Assembly (NCBI RefSeq): GCF_006345805.1 | Contig: NW_021827315.1 | Coordinates: 1 to 10,864, forward strand | Direction: 5' to 3' | From: Octopus sinensis | Lineage: Eukaryota | DNA: 10,864 nucleotides | Shown: positions 7,587-10,864 of the stretch, one piece after another | How positions within the stretch are numbered: the first letter of the stretch is position 1 | Layout: each line of letters opens with the position of its first letter | Notes under the pieces: generated by a model | Seen by the model: the letters and a program-made list of their open reading frames with translations, nothing else | Told to the model about the DNA's origin: nothing | Databases searched by the model: none | Made by a program: the position numbers and the translations under genes

Positions 7587-7859
7587 CGTGTCAACATCTA
7601 GAAATACAAATGAACTAATGCAGCTGAAAATCTCCGAACTCTAATTAGTTTCTAATTAAGAAAAAAAAAAAAAAAAGAAAAGAAAAAGGAGAGAACTGTT
7701 TTATTAATTAAAAAGGTAGTTTTTGTTTTTGCTTTTTAAATTAAAATAATTTTGGTTTTTTTTTATTCCTTTACCGATCAGGAATTTCTGCTCAAAACAC
7801 AAATATCCGTCGGGCAACAAGAATAAAAATTGCAGAACAAAAAAGTTGGGAGGAGGAAA

Positions 7860-7960
7860 AATAACTTTTTAAAATTTTCTTTCTTTTTTCTTTCTTTTTT
7901 CTTTCTTTTTTCTTTCTTTTTTCTTTTTTTCTTTTTTTTTTTCTTTTTTTCTTTTTTTCT

Positions 7961-7992
<32 letters not shown>

Positions 7993-8335
7993 TTCTTTCG
8001 TTTCTTTCTTCTTTCTTTTTTCTTTTCTTTTTTCTTTTCTTTCTTCTTTCTTTCTTCTTTTTCTTTCTTTCTTTTTTCTTCTTCTTTCTTTTTTTCTTTT
8101 TTTCTTTCTTTTTTTTTTCTCTCTTTTTTTTCTTTTTTCTTTCTTTTTCTTTCTTTCTTTCTTTTTTTTTCTTTTTTCTTTCTTTCTTTCTTTCTTTCTT
8201 TTTTTCTTTTTTCTTTCTTTCTTTTTTTCTTTCTTTCTTTCTTTCCTTTCATTCATCCTTTAGTTTCTTCTATCTTTCTTTTTTCTTTCATTACTTTCAT
8301 TCATTCATTCTCTCCTTTCTCACTCAAATTTTCTC
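7860..8335. repeat. Long polypyrimidine (T-rich, TTTC-like) tract
   Basis: Almost purine-free from ~7878 to ~8250. It accounts for the K/R/E-rich and F/S/L-rich ORFs. Confidence 0.95.
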
Positions 8336-8339
8336 TTTC

Positions 8340-8522
8340 CACACACACACACACATACATACACACACACGTATATACACATACTTAAATGTACTCACAC
8401 ACACACACACACTAACGCACGCATACACACACAAATACACACACACACACACACACACGCGTGCGTGTTTAAAAAATTCGCTTCACGAAGTATAGGAATG
8501 TAGAACGGACCACCACCACCAA

Positions 8523-8578
<56 letters not shown>

Positions 8579-8595
8579 TACTACTACTACTACTA
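8340..8595. repeat. (CA)n tract followed by (ACC)n/(TAC)n microsatellites
   Basis: Read directly from the sequence. Confidence 0.92.
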
Positions 8596-8871
8596 ACGAT
8601 CTGTGACCATTCAACAATTTTGTAAATTATAATTGGTGTACTTGCTAACAGGAAGTGACTATTCTGAAAGGAAGTGATTGTTTGTATTAAGAATCGAAGA
8701 GGAAACAATCAAATTGTTATTTAATCGATGCTGATGCCTTATATTTAACAACACCACCGTAAAGTTCAAAAAAGAAGAAAAGAAGGAAAAAATAAGACGC
8801 AAACAAATCCTAATTATCACTGATCTCTCACTTTTCGACTGTGTGAGAATCTCCCGCCCACATTAAATCGA

Positions 8872-9257
8872 TAATGCCCAATAATCGACCTGGCAGTGCC
8901 AGGCGATCAACATATTGTCACGAAAGAAAGAAAAAAAAAAAAATGGTCGACAAATATAGAGACGTGAGAATTGAGATCGCCAAGATGTGGCAGCTGCGAG
9001 AGTCAAACATAAAGGTTGTGCTTGTTGTCATCGGAGCATTGGGTTCGATACCACGCGATCTGAAGAAACATCCTGGACACTTTAGAAATACCCTATAATC
9101 TAAGTGTCTTGCTAACATCGGATTTACTTGGAACTGCACGCATATTGCGTAAAGTACTGTCTGCCTGAGGTCCTTGTTGTGACTTGACTGACAGTACAAA
9201 CATCTACAATCTACAGACACAATATCTTCAATCTACAACATCATAATATTCTTCAGT
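8872..9257 (+). mobile_element. 5'-truncated, disabled R4/Dong(Rex6)-like non-LTR retrotransposon 3' end: restriction-like endonuclease C-terminus plus 3' UTR
   Basis: From 8881: IIDLAVPGDQHIVTKER / frameshift in A-run / VDKYRDVRIEIAKMWQLRESNIKVVLVVIGALGSIPRDLKKH / +1 nt at ~9072 / LDTLEIPYNLSVLLTSDLLGTARILRKVLSA* (TGA 9166-9168). This fits the recalled R4-clade pattern KE.EK..KY..L..E..RMW...VVPVVIGALG...LGTA.ILR. Confidence 0.85.
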
Positions 9258-9261
9258 AATA

Positions 9262-9315
<54 letters not shown>

Positions 9316-9741
9316 TAATGATGATGATGATGATGATGATGATAATAATAATAATAATAATAATAATGATAATAATAATAATAATAATAATAACAATAAT
9401 AACAAAGTAATAATAATAATAACAACAGTAATAATAATAATAACAACAGTAATAATAATAATAACAGTAATAATAATAATATAATAATAATAATAATAAT
9501 AATAATGAATAACAGTAATATAATAATAATAATAATAACAATAAAATAATAAAAATAATAACAGTAAGTAATAAATAATAATAATAATATGAATAACTTA
9601 ATAATTAATAATAATAATAATAACAGTAATAAAATAATAATATAATAATAATAATAACAGTATAATAATAAAATAATAATAATAATAACCAGTAATAATA
9701 ATAAAATAATAATATAATAATAATAATAATAATAATAACAT

Positions 9742-9805
<64 letters not shown>

Positions 9806-9834
9806 GTAATAATAATAATAATGCGACTTCTTCA

Positions 9835-9904
<70 letters not shown>

Positions 9905-9930
9905 CAATAATCATAATCATAATAATAATC
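9258..9930. repeat. Long imperfect (AAT)n array with (GAT)n and AACAGT interruptions
   Basis: Read directly from the sequence; begins exactly at the retrotransposon 3' end. Confidence 0.97.
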
Positions 9931-10049
9931 GATATACATTGTATCTTAAATTCGATGAAGGGTTTACAGATAGAATACTATATAGCTTCTTAAAACTGTA
10001 AGATGTTTATAAACTTCGATATCTTGGCTATAATAGTTAGTCCCAACGT

Positions 10050-10285
10050 GCCGAAGATACTCTTAGAATCAACACTCAATCTAACTGGGCCCCACCTGCA
10101 AGGTCATGCGCTGTTTATTTTAATGTGAGATCACCATTTCGCGCACATATGGTTGTGATGTATGTGCCTAGTGTAGCCTTATTGGACGGGTAGTCATGAT
10201 GGGTATACTGGGCTTCGTATGTTTTACATCAGTGTCCTTTTGATGGCATGCACTCAATTGGCTTTCACTCAATAATGATAATAAT
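10050..10285 (+). mobile_element. Probable 3' end of another non-LTR element or dispersed repeat with an (AAT)n tail
   Basis: Complex non-coding sequence ending tttcactcaataatgataataat. It resembles a recalled abundant octopus LINE 3' end; family not verified. Confidence 0.35.
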
Positions 10286-10465
10286 CCATTCTACTATAGG
10301 CACAAGGGAGGAGACTAGTCGATTACATTGACCCCAGTACTCAACTGGTACTTAATTTATCGACCCCGAAAGAATGAAAGGCAATGGCAACCTCGTCGGA
10401 ATTTGAACTCAGAACATAACGACGGGTGAAATACCGTGTGCTAGCGATTCTGCCAGCTCGCCGCC
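10281..10465 (-). mobile_element. tRNA-derived SINE, family B, near full length with internal deletions
   Basis: Minus strand: ggcggcgagctggcagaatcgctag (A box)...ttctgagttcaaattccg (B box)...ggggtcgataaattaagtaccagttgagtactgggg. Confidence 0.85.
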
Positions 10466-10496
10466 TTTGTAATGATAACAACAAGAACAACAACAA

Positions 10497-10837
10497 GAAT
10501 AAAGAAAGAGGGAAAAAGAGGAAGAAAATACAATTTCTTGAAATTTGAAATTGGAAGAATTTGGAGTATGAGAACTGTAAAGGTAGTGCTTATAATAATT
10601 GGTGCGTTGGGAACAGTAAGCTAAGATATAGACAAAAGGCTGAAGGAGAGTAATAGAATGTCCTGTAGAGCCCCTACAGAAAGTTTGTCTCTTCGGGACA
10701 GCAAGGATTATCAGGACGGTTCTGAGTACTTGAAAGACAGCTGAAAACTTGTGGATATCTAAGGTTGTAGGTTACTTGTGGATACCCTAAGGTTATCCGC
10801 TATCCACAGAATGAGATCGAACATGAGCCAAATCAAA
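10497..10837 (+). mobile_element. Second, different R4/Dong-like retrotransposon 3' fragment (disabled) plus 3' UTR
   Basis: From 10526: KYNFLKFEIGRIWSMRTVKVVLIIIGALGTVS*DIDKRLKE / frameshift / QKVCLFGTARIIRTVLST* (TGA 10731-10733). Same motif as 8872-9257 but very different at the DNA level. Confidence 0.8.
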
Positions 10838-10864
10838 ATGATGATGATGATGATGATGATTATG
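10838..10864. repeat. (ATG)n array at the retrotransposon 3' end, cut by the window edge
   Basis: Read directly from the sequence. Confidence 0.9.

Noticed and set aside
7792-9907. K/R/E-, F/S/L-, L-, Y- and I-rich ORFs
   Set aside because: They are translations of the polypyrimidine tract and the (AAT)n array.
9945-10008. tcgatgaaggg...aaaactgtaaga, faintly similar to the 3038-3085 hammerhead
   Set aside because: The core is too degraded and there is no stem II, so it cannot be distinguished from chance.
10749-10808. TGTGGATA/TATCCACA resembling bacterial DnaA boxes
   Set aside because: None matches TTATCCACA exactly, and they lie in a eukaryotic retrotransposon 3' UTR.

Overview
This is a eukaryotic, AT-rich, repeat-dominated window. 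The two abundant tRNA-headed SINE families and the dense microsatellites look like Octopus-type (coleoid cephalopod) DNA; that assignment comes from my recall of these repeat families, not from a database search. Almost all ORF-track entries are artefacts of microsatellites. Supportable content: (1) copies of three SINE families; (2) Penelope-like terminal-repeat fragments carrying four hammerhead-ribozyme-like motifs in the first 3.5 kb, one with a near-canonical core; (3) two different 5'-truncated, disabled R4/Dong-like non-LTR retrotransposon 3' ends (restriction-like endonuclease C-terminus), each followed by a trinucleotide array; (4) an unexplained 4-unit ~169-bp tandem array ending at a strong splice-donor motif; (5) a GC-rich island at ~6480-7100 that probably holds two minus-strand coding exons of an unidentified low-complexity protein. 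I found no complete gene, CRISPR array or intact transposon. I see no firm evidence of a new biological system; the best leads are the hammerhead variants, the hidden exons and the 169-bp array.
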